From sequence record SRR2962707_2599: a stretch of 64,000 bases of DNA, one strand, 5' to 3'. Positions 28,821-39,690 of the stretch are shown one piece after another; the stretch's first letter is position 1, and every line of letters begins with the position of its first letter. The translations under genes and the position numbers were made by a program. The notes under the pieces are model-generated. The model was not told the DNA's origin. It searched no databases and saw nothing but the letters and a program-made list of their open reading frames with translations.

Positions 28821-30236
28821 ATGAAATCTCTTCTTACACTCGCATCGGTCGTGATCGTCGCGTCTTGTGGTATCGTTGGACCAAACTACGAGCCTCCACA
28901 AATCGCCTTGGCGGAACACTACGCTTTTGCAAATGCTCCAGAGCTTGAGAATGCCGCGTTTGACAAGTGGTGGACAACGTTCCACGACACGACATTGGAC
29001 GGCTATATGGCGCAGGGGCTGGACAGCAGCCTGGACATCCAAGTTGCAAAAGAACGTATCGTCGAAGCGCAGTCTCTGTTCCGGGCCGCCGGGGGAGAAA
29101 GCCGCCTACCCGCACAGCTATCGGGCACGGCAACCATTAGCTCGACAGCCTCAAAAACTGCGGGTGTGCGCACGACGACTGACGCCGGCACCCTGGGGGC
29201 CACCTTTGTATTTGACCTGTTTGGCGGTGTCGCGCGCGGCATCGAAAAAGCAGATGCAGAGTTAGATGCCGCAATCTACAACTCGCAAACTGTCCGACTG
29301 GCCTATCAGTCTGAATTGGTCGCGGCTTATATCGAAGCCCGCTATTATCAGACCGCCATTGACGTCGCCAACCGCAGCATCGCTAACCGAAAGCGGACAT
29401 TGCGCTTGGTTCAAGAGCGCGTTGACGCCAATGTCGCCACAGTTCTGGAAAGCTCGCGCGCGCAGGCCACACTGTCACTGACCAAGGCTGACCTGCCAGG
29501 CTTGCAAATCGGGTTCGAAAGCAACGCTGTGCGCCTGGCGACTTTGCTGACCCGGCCAACCCATTTGGTCATCAAGGAACTGAAATCCTCTTATAAGGGG
29601 ATTCCGAACCCAACGCATAAGTTTGCACCAGGCGTTCCGGCGAACTTGCTGCGCAACCGGCCTGACATCCTATCCGCAGAGCGCACCTTTGCCGCCAACA
29701 TGGCAGCCATTGGCGTCAATGAAGCGGCCTTGTACCCGTCACTCTCACTTGGCGGCTCCATCAGGGTCGCGGCAGATAATACGCTGCAACTGGGCCCAAG
29801 CCTGTCCATTCCAGTGTTCAACCGCCCTCGCCTGCTGATCAACCGGGAGATTGCGGTCTCTCGTGCCAAACAGGCAGAATTGTCCTGGCACAACACGGTA
29901 CGTGACGCGATGGCCGAAGTTGAGCAGACCCTGTCTCGGGCCCAGCACCGGCGCACCGAGATCAACTCCTTGTCACAGGCCTCTCGCGATTATACCCGTC
30001 TGACGCGCCTTTCCGCGGAATCCTTTGAGCTGGGCGCAAGCACACTACTAGAGCTGCTGGACGTTCAGGAAAACGTTGCCAGCACGGCGAATTCTTTGGC
30101 CCGAGCCCGCCGGGCTTATGCACTTGCCGTCGCAGAGCTGGCTGTCTCGACCGGGCGCGGTTCCCGCGTCGGAGAGGTCAGAAGCACCCTGGACGAGGTG
30201 GCCCAGCTGGATACCGCACAAGCGGACATCCAGTAG
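28821..30236 (+). CDS. Outer-membrane efflux factor lipoprotein (NodT/OprM/TolC family)
   Basis: Lipobox VASC, VGPNY, WWTTFHD, DLFG, PANLLRNRPDI..AE, LYPSLSL. Confidence 0.9.
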   Translation: MKSLLTLASVVIVASCGIVGPNYEPPQIALAEHYAFANAPELENAAFDKWWTTFHDTTLDGYMAQGLDSSLDIQVAKERIVEAQSLFRAAGGESRLPAQLSGTATISSTASKTAGVRTTTDAGTLGATFVFDLFGGVARGIEKADAELDAAIYNSQTVRLAYQSELVAAYIEARYYQTAIDVANRSIANRKRTLRLVQERVDANVATVLESSRAQATLSLTKADLPGLQIGFESNAVRLATLLTRPTHLVIKELKSSYKGIPNPTHKFAPGVPANLLRNRPDILSAERTFAANMAAIGVNEAALYPSLSLGGSIRVAADNTLQLGPSLSIPVFNRPRLLINREIAVSRAKQAELSWHNTVRDAMAEVEQTLSRAQHRRTEINSLSQASRDYTRLTRLSAESFELGASTLLELLDVQENVASTANSLARARRAYALAVAELAVSTGRGSRVGEVRSTLDEVAQLDTAQADIQ

Positions 30237-30270
30237 CCCTGACACTGTCGGCAAATAGCAAAGACCTAAT

Positions 30271-30304
30271 CAAAAGAGCCGGGACAGTCGTTCCGGCTCT
30301 TTTG
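30271..30304. terminator. Rho-independent terminator
   Basis: CAAAAGAGCCGG / CCGGCTCTTTTG stem directly after the efflux gene. Confidence 0.85.
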
Positions 30305-30442
30305 CTATAGCCAGACCCATACGGCGCCTGAGGTTTTCGGGAATCGCTGTTCATTCCAACCTGACCCGCTAAGATCGCCTCATGCCTGTAGGCCGACAAA
30401 GCCAGCACAGGCCGCAGCGCGCAAAATGGGAAGATTGTGACG

Positions 30443-30619
30443 ATGAAACACGTGCCCAAGGAAACCACCGACGAAGCTCTGATCCGGGAATTTCTCGACA
30501 AAGGCGGCAGCGTCAGCGTCGGAAAGACCAAGCCCATGCCCTATGATATGGGCATCAGCAAAAACACCTGGAACAACAAACTGACCAAAGCCGAGAAATC
30601 GGCAAAAGCCAAAAAATAA
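30443..30619 (+). CDS. Small basic hypothetical protein with an EFLxKGG motif
   Basis: 58 aa, MKHVPKETTDEALIREFLDKGGSVSVGK...; host-like codon usage; fills an intergenic gap. Confidence 0.65.
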   Translation: MKHVPKETTDEALIREFLDKGGSVSVGKTKPMPYDMGISKNTWNNKLTKAEKSAKAKK

Positions 30620-30766
30620 AGGCGCTGGAATCTGCGGATCTGACCCCGGCGTCCGTGGGGTCAGTCACGGATTCCGAGAGGTTCAACGCGCCTGCTCCCT
30701 TTTGTCCGGAGGCCCCCGTTTTCCCCTTAGGGCAGACAGGGAGTCATTTGGGACGGCGAAGGTCGG

Positions 30767-31342
30767 CTATCTTGTGCGAAGAAATTCTCTGTTGGCGTGA
30801 TTTGCAATTTTGACGGCCTGTCTCCAACTGAGGCCCTTATGCTGATCAACAGCAAGCTGATGCTTGTTTTCCCACAAGCTCACTCTTGGTCTTTGACCTT
30901 TCGCGCCCCAAAAGACTTCACATTCCAGATGCGTAAGCGGCTCACCAATGGGGGTCGTGTTGTAGAATGGCAGATCGACAGGCAACCATCCGAAGCTCTG
31001 CTCATCCGACTGATCCGTCTCATAGGTTTCAATATACTTTTTGAAGCTTTCTTCTGACTGGCTGACCCACACCCCCCAGGTAAAAGGATCAGATGTCCCC
31101 TTGATTGGAATTTCCAATATCACCCTGATGCAATAAATCGGATCTGCATCCCTTTCGCTCTCGCTCGGGGAGATCTGACAAAGATCGTCGCTAAACTGAA
31201 CGCGCGCGCGTCTCTCGGCCTCAGGGACGTCAAAAAAATACGTGGGGTGTCGTAACGAAAAAGACGGCGACCCTTCATGGTACTTTCCGCATTCAGTGCA
31301 TTTGTACTTGAAACTCTTTTGTCCAAACAACCGTCCAAACAT
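30767..31342 (-). CDS. DUF2199-like protein
   Basis: CxxCGxxH N-terminus, SDDLC, FTWGVWVSQS, FGWL, GQRP, HQLAVDQ. Confidence 0.8.
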   Translation of the reverse strand: MFGRLFGQKSFKYKCTECGKYHEGSPSFSLRHPTYFFDVPEAERRARVQFSDDLCQISPSESERDADPIYCIRVILEIPIKGTSDPFTWGVWVSQSEESFKKYIETYETDQSDEQSFGWLPVDLPFYNTTPIGEPLTHLECEVFWGAKGQRPRVSLWENKHQLAVDQHKGLSWRQAVKIANHANREFLRTR

Positions 31343-31505
31343 TCACAGGCCTTTCGCATACCCAGATAAAAATCCGCCATCAAAAGAACGGCAATCCGTC
31401 CCCATGCGCCCAACCCGGTCGGCCTCTGCGGGACAGCAAAGCATCTGGCATGAGATACGCCCGATCTGAAGCGGCCCCCATGCCCAATACAGTGTCTAAA
31501 CCGGC

Positions 31506-32846
31506 CTAACTGCCCTGTTTCACGGCTGTAACGATGCGGCCCAGCACGTCGTCCAAAAGCCCCAGATCTTCGGCTTCGCCCATGACCCGGATCAAAGGCT
31601 CTGTTCCGGATTTGCGGATCAGCAACCGTCCGGTTTTGGCCAGGGCCTTTTCGCCTGCCGCAATGGCCTCTTGCACCGCGTCGGTTTCGAGCGGGGTCTT
31701 GCCGGCCGCGTAGCGTACATTGATCAGCTTTTGCGGCACCGGATCAAAGACGCGGGCCAGTTGGCTGGCGGGTTTCCCGGTTTCGACAATCGCCGCCAGG
31801 AATTGCAGCGCCGCGATCAGCCCGTCGCCGGTGGTGGCGTGGTCTGTCATGACAATATGGCCCGACTGCTCTCCACCCAGATTAAAGCCGCCCGCATGCA
31901 TGCGCTCCACCACATAGCGGTCGCCCACCGCAGTGCGTTCCAGCCCAATGCCCTGCGCCTCAAGATGGCGCTCCAGCCCCAGGTTTGACATCACAGTCGC
32001 CACAAGCGAATTACCTGCCAAGCGCCCCTCAGCGGCCCAGCGGGTGGCAATCAGCCCCATGATCTGGTCGCCATCGGCCACCTGACCCTTTTCGTCGATC
32101 AGGATCAGACGGTCCGCATCGCCATCCAGACAAATTCCCAGATCGGCCCGGGTTTCCCGCACTTTCTGGGCGGCGGCCTCGGGGTGGGTTGAGCCACATT
32201 TGGCATTGATGTTGAACCCGTCGGGGTCGACCCCAATCGGGATCACTTCGGCGCCCAGCTCCCACAACACGGCCGGAGCGGTGCGGTAGGCCGCGCCATT
32301 GGCGCAATCCAGCACGATGCGCAGACCATCCAACCGTTTGCCCCGTGGGAAGGTGGTCTTGGCATATTCCACATAACGGCCACGGGCATCTTCGAACCGG
32401 CGCGCCCGGCCAATATTTTCCGGCGCTGCTGCGTCCACGCCACTTTCCAGCAAGGCGATAATGCCAGCTTCGGCATCATCGGACAGTTTGAACCCATCCG
32501 GGCCAAAGAACTTGATCCCGTTGTCGCTGGCCGGGTTGTGGCTGGCCGAGATCATCACGCCGACATCGGCGCGCAACGAATGGGTCAGATAGCCAATCGC
32601 CGGGGTGGGCACCGGGCCGAGCAGAAACACGTTCATCCCGGTCGAGGTAAACCCCGCCGTCAGAGCCGTTTCGATCATATAGCCCGACAGGCGGGTGTCT
32701 TTGCCGATCACCACACGGTGCTCTTGTTTGTCACGTCGGAAATAGCGTCCCGCCGCTGCGCCCAGTTTGAGCGCCATTTCGGCCGTCATCGGCCAGCTGT
32801 TGGCCTGACCGCGCACCCCATCGGTGCCAAAAAGCGACTCGCCCAT
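31506..32846 (-). CDS. glmM: Phosphoglucosamine mutase
   Basis: [42 protein letters not shown]. Confidence 0.96.
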   Translation of the reverse strand: MGESLFGTDGVRGQANSWPMTAEMALKLGAAAGRYFRRDKQEHRVVIGKDTRLSGYMIETALTAGFTSTGMNVFLLGPVPTPAIGYLTHSLRADVGVMISASHNPASDNGIKFFGPDGFKLSDDAEAGIIALLESGVDAAAPENIGRARRFEDARGRYVEYAKTTFPRGKRLDGLRIVLDCANGAAYRTAPAVLWELGAEVIPIGVDPDGFNINAKCGSTHPEAAAQKVRETRADLGICLDGDADRLILIDEKGQVADGDQIMGLIATRWAAEGRLAGNSLVATVMSNLGLERHLEAQGIGLERTAVGDRYVVERMHAGGFNLGGEQSGHIVMTDHATTGDGLIAALQFLAAIVETGKPASQLARVFDPVPQKLINVRYAAGKTPLETDAVQEAIAAGEKALAKTGRLLIRKSGTEPLIRVMGEAEDLGLLDDVLGRIVTAVKQGS

Positions 32847-32849
32847 GCT

Positions 32850-33668
32850 TTATCCCTTCGTCAGATCATCAATGGCCCGCAGGCCCGAGAGCACACGCCC
32901 CAGATCGTCAATCGGCACCATGTTGGGGCCATCCGAGGGGGCGTTGTCAGGGTCTTCATGCGTTTCGATAAAGACAGCCGCCGCGCCAATGGCCAAAGCC
33001 GCCCGCGCCAAAGGTTCCACAAATTGGCGCTGCCCGCCCGAGCTCGTCCCCTGTCCGCCCGGCTGTTGCACCGAATGGGTGGCGTCAAACACCACCGGAT
33101 AACCGGTCTCGGCCATGATCGGCAAAGAACGCATGTCGCTGACCAGCGTGTTATAGCCAAAGCTGGCCCCGCGTTCGCACAGCATAATGCGCTGATTGCC
33201 GGTGCTGGCGATCTTGTCAGCCACATGGGCCATATCCCAAGGCGCCAGAAACTGCCCCTTCTTGACGTTGATCGCAGCGCCGGTTTCACCCGCCGCCAGC
33301 AGCAAGTCGGTCTGGCGGCACAGGAACGCCGGAATTTGCAAGACATCCACCACCTGCGCGGCCAGGGCGCAATGGGCAGGTTCATGCACATCAGTCAGAA
33401 CGGGAACGCCGAATTCAGCCTTGATAGAGCCTAAAATCTCAAGACCCTTCTCCATGCCAAGCCCGCGTTTGCCCTCCAAAGAAGAGCGGTTGGCCTTGTC
33501 ATAGCTGGCCTTGAAAATCCAAGGGGTGCGCGCGGCCTCAGCGGCGGCGGCAATCCGCTCTGCCAGCATGCGGGCATGTGCCAGGCTTTCCAGCTGGCAC
33601 GGGCCTGCGATCAGGGCAAAAGGCGCCGTATTAGAGACCGAAATCTCTCCGATGGTGACAGTCTTCAT
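32850..33668 (-). CDS. kdsA: KDO-8-phosphate synthase
   Basis: [45 protein letters not shown]. Confidence 0.96.
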   Translation of the reverse strand: MKTVTIGEISVSNTAPFALIAGPCQLESLAHARMLAERIAAAAEAARTPWIFKASYDKANRSSLEGKRGLGMEKGLEILGSIKAEFGVPVLTDVHEPAHCALAAQVVDVLQIPAFLCRQTDLLLAAGETGAAINVKKGQFLAPWDMAHVADKIASTGNQRIMLCERGASFGYNTLVSDMRSLPIMAETGYPVVFDATHSVQQPGGQGTSSGGQRQFVEPLARAALAIGAAAVFIETHEDPDNAPSDGPNMVPIDDLGRVLSGLRAIDDLTKG

Positions 33669-34453
33669 ACGATATTTTCCTTTGCCAGCACCGCTTCGAT
33701 ACGGGCGACATCTACAGGGTTATTCAGCTCCCAGAACACACGGCCGGGGGCCTGTACCGACACACAGGTCACCGGGGTTCCGTTTTCCAGAAAGCGCAGC
33801 TGTTCAAGCCCCTCTGCGCGTTCCAGTGGACCTTCGCTCCAGGCCGCATATTGGCGCAACGCCTCAGCGCGATAGCCATAGACCCCGACATGGTGCCAAA
33901 CCTCGGGCGGGGTTTCGAGTGTGCCGACATAGGGCAGGACCTCTTTGGAAAAATACAGCGCCGTGCCGTCATTGCGCATCACAGCCGTTGTGCCCCCAAC
34001 CCGGCCTGCGTGGCGGTCCGAGACGAAATTCGACAGAGTTTCATGATCACATTTCAACACCGGCGTTGTCATCTGCACCGAGGAATCAGCCATGGCCTCG
34101 ATCAGAGCTTCAACAAACCACGGCGGGGTCAGCGGGGCATCCCCCTGCAGATTGATCACCACATCCGGTTCTGTGCTCAGCATCTCCAGCGCTTCGGCGC
34201 AGCGTTCTGTGCCGTTGCGTGCCTCAGAGGAGGTCATCAATACCTTGGCGCCAAAGCCCTTGGCCGCCTCTGCGATGCGCGTATCATCCGTCAGGACATA
34301 GACCTCGGCCGCGCCTTTGACCGCACAAGCCGCGTCCCAGGACCGCTCAATCAGAGACTTTTTCACCCCGGTGGCCCCGGTCAGTTCGACCAGAGGTTTG
34401 CCCGGGTATCGGGTCGATTCATAGCGGGCAGGAATAAAGATAACGGCGCTCAT
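33665..34453 (-). CDS. kdsB: CMP-KDO synthetase (KdsB/KpsU)
   Basis: [41 protein letters not shown]. Confidence 0.94.
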   Translation of the reverse strand: MSAVIFIPARYESTRYPGKPLVELTGATGVKKSLIERSWDAACAVKGAAEVYVLTDDTRIAEAAKGFGAKVLMTSSEARNGTERCAEALEMLSTEPDVVINLQGDAPLTPPWFVEALIEAMADSSVQMTTPVLKCDHETLSNFVSDRHAGRVGGTTAVMRNDGTALYFSKEVLPYVGTLETPPEVWHHVGVYGYRAEALRQYAAWSEGPLERAEGLEQLRFLENGTPVTCVSVQAPGRVFWELNNPVDVARIEAVLAKENIV

Positions 34454-35403
34454 GCGACGCCCACCCGCAATGCGTCATGGATATGGATCAGTCCCATAAG
34501 TTTCCCTCCGTCTTCAACTGCAAATAAGGCGCTGATCTTGGCTGTGTTCATCACGCCCAAAGCCTCGGTTAGTAAAGCATCCGGGGCAATGCTTTGTGGA
34601 TCGCGTGTCGCCACGTCCCCGGCTGTCTTGTCCATCAATCCTTCAAGATTGCGCCGCAAATCCCCGTCGGTGATCACCCCGCACAACCGGCCCTCTTCCA
34701 CCAGAGCCGCCACGCCAAAGCCCTTGGCGCTCATGACCAGCAGGGCCTCTCCCATCGGGGTTGTCGGCGTCACGATCGGCAAATCATCGCCTTTGTGCAT
34801 CACCGCCGCCACCCGCAGCAACTGGGCTCCCAAAGTGCCGCCGGGATGAAAGGCCAGGAAATTATTCCGATCAAAGCCCCGGTTCTGCATCAGGGTCACG
34901 GCCAGCGCATCACCCAAAGCCATCGCCATTGTGGTCGAGGTGGTCGGCGCCATGCCAATCGCACAGGCTTCGGGGGCGTCAGGCAGCAACAGCACATAAT
35001 CCGCAGCGCGGCCCAGACTGCTGTCACCGTTTTGGGTAAGCGCGATCAGGGGGATGCTGAACCGGGCACAATGGCCGATCATATCCGCCAGCTCCCGGGT
35101 CTCACCCGAGTTCGAGATCAGCACCACCGCATCGGCGCGGGTGATCATGCCCAGATCCCCATGGCTGGCCTCCCCGGGATGCACGGTCTGTGCTGGCGTG
35201 CCGGTACTGGCCAATGTGGCGGCAATCTTGCCTGCGACATGGCCTGATTTGCCCATGCCTGAAACGATCACGCGCCCCTGTACCCCCAGAAGACAGGTGA
35301 TCGCCGCTTCAAAATCAGCGGGCAGTTCGGTGCTGAGGCGGCTGAGGGCCGCAGCCTCTGTGGCCAGCACAGTACGGGCAATATCGGTAGGCGAAACGGT
35401 CAT
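34450..35403 (-). CDS. kdsD: Arabinose-5-phosphate isomerase (KdsD/KpsF)
   Basis: GMGKSGH, HPGEASHGDLGM, APTTST, FHPGG, two CBS domains. Confidence 0.94.
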   Translation of the reverse strand: MTVSPTDIARTVLATEAAALSRLSTELPADFEAAITCLLGVQGRVIVSGMGKSGHVAGKIAATLASTGTPAQTVHPGEASHGDLGMITRADAVVLISNSGETRELADMIGHCARFSIPLIALTQNGDSSLGRAADYVLLLPDAPEACAIGMAPTTSTTMAMALGDALAVTLMQNRGFDRNNFLAFHPGGTLGAQLLRVAAVMHKGDDLPIVTPTTPMGEALLVMSAKGFGVAALVEEGRLCGVITDGDLRRNLEGLMDKTAGDVATRDPQSIAPDALLTEALGVMNTAKISALFAVEDGGKLMGLIHIHDALRVGVA

Positions 35404-35672
35404 AAGGCTGCTCTGTTTATGGTTTGGCTGCGGTGATAGCCCGCCCTGCCCCGGCTGTCCAACATTGCGATCCCAAAACGGCCCCCCACGCAGAACCCGA
35501 AAACTTCGTCAATTTTTCAATGAGCGAATATTAAGCACAAGAGAAACCCACATGCGGGATGTTATGCTTCCCCGACCAAGCTCTGTTGAACGCCCCGAAT
35601 TTCTCCGGTAAGGAAGGGCACGCACCACGGGACCGGAGGTGTTGGAACACAGAACGAACAGACGGGTGCACG

Positions 35673-36674
35673 ATGAAGTTTGAGACCGCCTTTATCCATA
35701 TAGGAATGGAAAAAACCGGATCCACCTCGATACAGGCATTTTTGGCCGAAAACCGCTCTCGGCTGAAAGAACAGAATTTTTTGTTCCCGCGGACATTGGG
35801 CAATGACAACCAAAAGGCCATCGCCGCCTATGCTCTGAGTTACGACTCTAAGGATAGCGCCTTGAAACTGCGCAACAATACGCAGGATAAAGAAAGTGTC
35901 GACGCCTTCAGGGTCGATTTGCGCACCCGCTTTTTAGCCGAAGCCGCAGAAAGTGATGCCAAAAATCTTGTGGTCTCTTCCGAAGACCTAAGCCGTCTGT
36001 TCAAACATGACGAGATTGAGCGCATCAAGGACTTCTTTGATGGCGTTGCGCAAACCGTCAAGATCATCGTCTATGTGCGCCGCCAGGATTTGTTGGCAAG
36101 CAGCCGTTTTTACACTTTGCTGTTGGGTCGACGCCCGCAGCAAAAGGTGCTCCCTGATAAATCCACTCCAATTTCGCCGATTTACCAATATAACAAAAAC
36201 ATCATGAACTGGGCCAAGGTCTTTGGCACCGACGCCATCAGCCTTGTGCGCTACCCCGAAATGCCCTCGCGTGAAAAATTCGACTCTATTGATTTTTTCT
36301 GCACAGAAATTGGCCTAAACCCCGAAGGTCTGCGCCGCCCTGGCCGCGCCAATGAAAGCGTTGACTCCATCAACGAAATCATCTTCCGCAATTTCTTTTT
36401 GGCAGAGCGGGGCGGACCGCTCAGCTATGATATTGAGCAACTCAAGGCACGGCTTCAGCCCTTCAACGAGAAAAAATATAAGTTCTTGGTTTCCGGCTCC
36501 GCGGCAGAAAAATTCTACATGCGTGTCCATAAAGAAAACGTCGCCTTGTTTAAGGCGCTTGGCCTTCCAGAAGATACGTTCTCTTTGGATTTCTCCATGT
36601 ATCCAACTCCGAAAACCGTCCAGTCCTATAATGGCATCGCCATGCAGAGATTATTGCGGATTGTCGACCTCTAA
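35673..36674 (+). CDS. Sulfotransferase-fold protein
   Basis: Start reassigned to MKFETAFIHIGMEKTGSTSIQ; VVSSEDL and IVYVRRQD motifs. Confidence 0.65.
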   Translation: MKFETAFIHIGMEKTGSTSIQAFLAENRSRLKEQNFLFPRTLGNDNQKAIAAYALSYDSKDSALKLRNNTQDKESVDAFRVDLRTRFLAEAAESDAKNLVVSSEDLSRLFKHDEIERIKDFFDGVAQTVKIIVYVRRQDLLASSRFYTLLLGRRPQQKVLPDKSTPISPIYQYNKNIMNWAKVFGTDAISLVRYPEMPSREKFDSIDFFCTEIGLNPEGLRRPGRANESVDSINEIIFRNFFLAERGGPLSYDIEQLKARLQPFNEKKYKFLVSGSAAEKFYMRVHKENVALFKALGLPEDTFSLDFSMYPTPKTVQSYNGIAMQRLLRIVDL

Positions 36675-36852
36675 TCAAAGCCCCTTCTCTCTGATCGAGT
36701 AACTATTTTCTGACATGGTCTCTAAAAAATAAAACAACCCCATTGATTGCACCACCCACCCGATCGTCCGCTCTAAATTCGGGCCCTCTATTAAAGAAAC
36801 CGAGAGATTAAACCCTTGGGAAAACACTCGTTAAAACCTGAAATGGAATACG

Positions 36853-38061
36853 ATGGCAAGCGACCTAACTAAATTAGCCAAACGCGCTATGAATGGCAAA
36901 CTATACTGTGTCATCAATACCCCCGGAGACCCTTTTGTCCGCCCTGCGCGCGCGCGCTTGATTTGGGGAAATAATACAGCCCAAGCCACGATGAACCTGG
37001 GCATTCCCACGATGATGGCCGCAGACATTACCGGTTTGCCGCAAAAATTCGAAGGGCCGCACGGCATGAATGCCGCCCGACGCACGATCTCTGAGACCTA
37101 TAATGTTGAGGCCACTTACGACCTGCGCGGCCTGTTTCACCTCCCCGGTAAGTTTGGCAAAATGCCACCTGCGCAGTTTCAGCTCAACTATGATATTCCG
37201 CGCAACGTCTTTCCCTATTGCAGCATTCTACACGCCCGCGATCCACGGATTGTAGAAAAAGCCTTAAACTCTGGGATCACCTGCGTTTACGAAGACCATG
37301 ATGAAGACCACAACAAGAACTTCAAAAATCTCCCCAGCCTGGTTCAAAGCAATCCCAAGCTCAAGCTCGTTGTGGCCATCACAGAAGCCGTAAAAACCCG
37401 ACTGATGGACAGCGGTGTACCCGAAAACCGGATCATCGTTCTGGACAGTGGCGTAAACAGCAATTCGTTGAAACGCGTTCAGGCAGAAGCTCTGAACATG
37501 CGCCGCAATCTGCTTAGCCGCGGGTTCCAGAAAATCGCGATCTTCTCGGGCGGGTTGCAGATTGAACGCGGAATCGATCACATCCTTCTGGCAGCTCATC
37601 AGATGCCCCACGTGATGTTCCAGCTGATCGGTGGCAACGAGGGCGACCAGAACCATTGGCATGCCGCCATTCGCGATCAGGCTTTGTCGAACGTCTTTGT
37701 GCCCGGTTACCTTAATCAAGCGCAGTTGATGGTGTTCCAGCAGGCCTCAGACGTTTTGTTGGCCACACGCCAACATGACCAGCGGGCCGCCATTACCTCT
37801 CCGCTGAAGTTCTTTGAATATCTGGCGTCGGGATCTCCGGTTGTTGCTGCAAACATCCCCAGCATTGAGCGCCATCGCAATGATGATCTGGCGATGATGA
37901 CCTACAATCCGGCCGAACCAGAAACGCTGGCTGATGTCATCGCAAAGACATTCGACGCGTTTCCTTGGAAGAGTGAAGGCTACGCTGCCAATATCGACTT
38001 CGCCCGCGATTTCACCTGGGAGCAGCGCCAGACCGCCTTGCTCACAAGACTTTTCTCATAA
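36853..38061 (+). CDS. GT4 glycosyltransferase
   Basis: SGGLQIERG, SPLKFFEYLASGSPVVA, FTWEQR. Confidence 0.85.
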   Translation: MASDLTKLAKRAMNGKLYCVINTPGDPFVRPARARLIWGNNTAQATMNLGIPTMMAADITGLPQKFEGPHGMNAARRTISETYNVEATYDLRGLFHLPGKFGKMPPAQFQLNYDIPRNVFPYCSILHARDPRIVEKALNSGITCVYEDHDEDHNKNFKNLPSLVQSNPKLKLVVAITEAVKTRLMDSGVPENRIIVLDSGVNSNSLKRVQAEALNMRRNLLSRGFQKIAIFSGGLQIERGIDHILLAAHQMPHVMFQLIGGNEGDQNHWHAAIRDQALSNVFVPGYLNQAQLMVFQQASDVLLATRQHDQRAAITSPLKFFEYLASGSPVVAANIPSIERHRNDDLAMMTYNPAEPETLADVIAKTFDAFPWKSEGYAANIDFARDFTWEQRQTALLTRLFS

Positions 38062-38073
38062 GGGGCCGCTCAC

Positions 38074-39522
38074 ATGTCAGACGTCTTTTTCAAGCAATTC
38101 GTGAACAAGCCCCTAAGCGTGAACGAAGTTGGTGCAGTGTTCGATATCTGCTTTGTGCTGAATGTAAACTCGCGTGGTTGGATCCTTGAAAAGATCTGCA
38201 AGATCATCGAGCAAAGTGCCGGCAAGATCAGCTATTATATCTATTCCGAGCGCAACGACAAATTGTCCGCGCCCTTGCCACGGGCCCGCAATTATTTCTT
38301 TGCACATTTCAGCCTGTGCTATTTCACCATGCAGAACTATCCGCAGGTCTGGGAAGGGAACCGTTTTGTCTGGTACACCCACCCTGATCTGAAAAAGGGT
38401 CTGACCATCGAAGGCATTGTCAGCATGGTCGACAATTGCACCCAGGTTTTCACACCCTGTTCGCGCAACGTAGAAGACCTTAAGGCTTGGGGCGCGCGTG
38501 GCGATAATATCAGCGTCCCCTTGGGCGGTGCCGATCCGGAACAGTTCAAGCCGACGCCCCGAACCGGAGAAGGCGCGGTTGGCTTTGTCGGGGCGTTTTA
38601 TGACCGCAAACAGCCAGAAAAGATGCTGGAGCTGGCCAAACTTCTCCCCCATCGTCGCTTTATTCTCGTAGGTCCACGAGCTCAGGACATCGAAAACCCC
38701 GGCCTTTTGTGGTTCAACTGGCCGCATTTCAGCGAATTCTGCGCCCTTCCAAACGTCGAATATGTCGAAGCGCCTTACGAAGAATTCAGCACTTGGTACG
38801 ACAAATTTGATGTCTATTGCTCCACCTCGGCCTTAGAAGGCGGCCCGATCACGGTGATCGAAGCCATGATGGCCAATGTGATCCCTGTGGTCAGTGACAC
38901 AGGTTTTGCCCAGGATGTCATCAAACACGGCGACACCGGCTATATCTTCCCGATTGATGCCCCAAGCACAGAAATCGCCCCGCTGCTCGAAAAAGCGCTG
39001 GATGATACAACAACCGATATCTCCAAGGCCGCTCAGGTGTTTTCCTGGAAGAATTTCGGCGATGAAATCTGGGACGGCATCCGTGGGACGGTTCAGTTGG
39101 GAGAACAGGTTTTGCTGGCCAATCACGACGCGGTGGCGCGCTATCTGATCCGCGGATTTCACCTGCCTGAACCTCGGGGAATCTGGACCCGGGCGGCCGA
39201 TGCGGAAATCCTGCTACCGCTGGCCCGAGATGCGGGCAAACCCCGCCAGATTATCATGCTGGCTTGGACATCCGAAGACGCGGGCCCCGATGGGGTCACT
39301 GTTGACGTCGCCATCAATGGCACCCCAGCTGGTAGCTTCACGGCAACAACGGCTTCCAAACCTCATGAGATTGACATTCCTGAAGGAATCCAAGCCGGTG
39401 AGAACAATGAATACCGTGTATCGCTGCATCAAGATCATCTGGTCACCCACGCGGATCGGCCCGAAGGGTCTCGCGAAGAACGGACCCTCGGTATCAAAAT
39501 CGGCTGGATTTCAAGCAAATAG
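38074..39522 (+). CDS. GT4 glycosyltransferase with C-terminal beta-sandwich-like module
   Basis: SALEGGPITVIEAMMANV; C-terminal GFHLPEPRGIWT...ERTLGIKI. Confidence 0.85.
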   Translation: MSDVFFKQFVNKPLSVNEVGAVFDICFVLNVNSRGWILEKICKIIEQSAGKISYYIYSERNDKLSAPLPRARNYFFAHFSLCYFTMQNYPQVWEGNRFVWYTHPDLKKGLTIEGIVSMVDNCTQVFTPCSRNVEDLKAWGARGDNISVPLGGADPEQFKPTPRTGEGAVGFVGAFYDRKQPEKMLELAKLLPHRRFILVGPRAQDIENPGLLWFNWPHFSEFCALPNVEYVEAPYEEFSTWYDKFDVYCSTSALEGGPITVIEAMMANVIPVVSDTGFAQDVIKHGDTGYIFPIDAPSTEIAPLLEKALDDTTTDISKAAQVFSWKNFGDEIWDGIRGTVQLGEQVLLANHDAVARYLIRGFHLPEPRGIWTRAADAEILLPLARDAGKPRQIIMLAWTSEDAGPDGVTVDVAINGTPAGSFTATTASKPHEIDIPEGIQAGENNEYRVSLHQDHLVTHADRPEGSREERTLGIKIGWISSK

Positions 39523-39690
39523 GCCAAGATATGCCTCAGACCGCTCAAAACGTTCAATTACCGGACAGCCTGGGTCTGAGGCTATTTTTCCCACATATAT
39601 GGGCCCGTTTAAAGACGTCTCCCTTACTAGACACAACCGCAACGAATACGCTTAAACGCTATTCCTATTCCCCCAGGATTCAGACACCTT

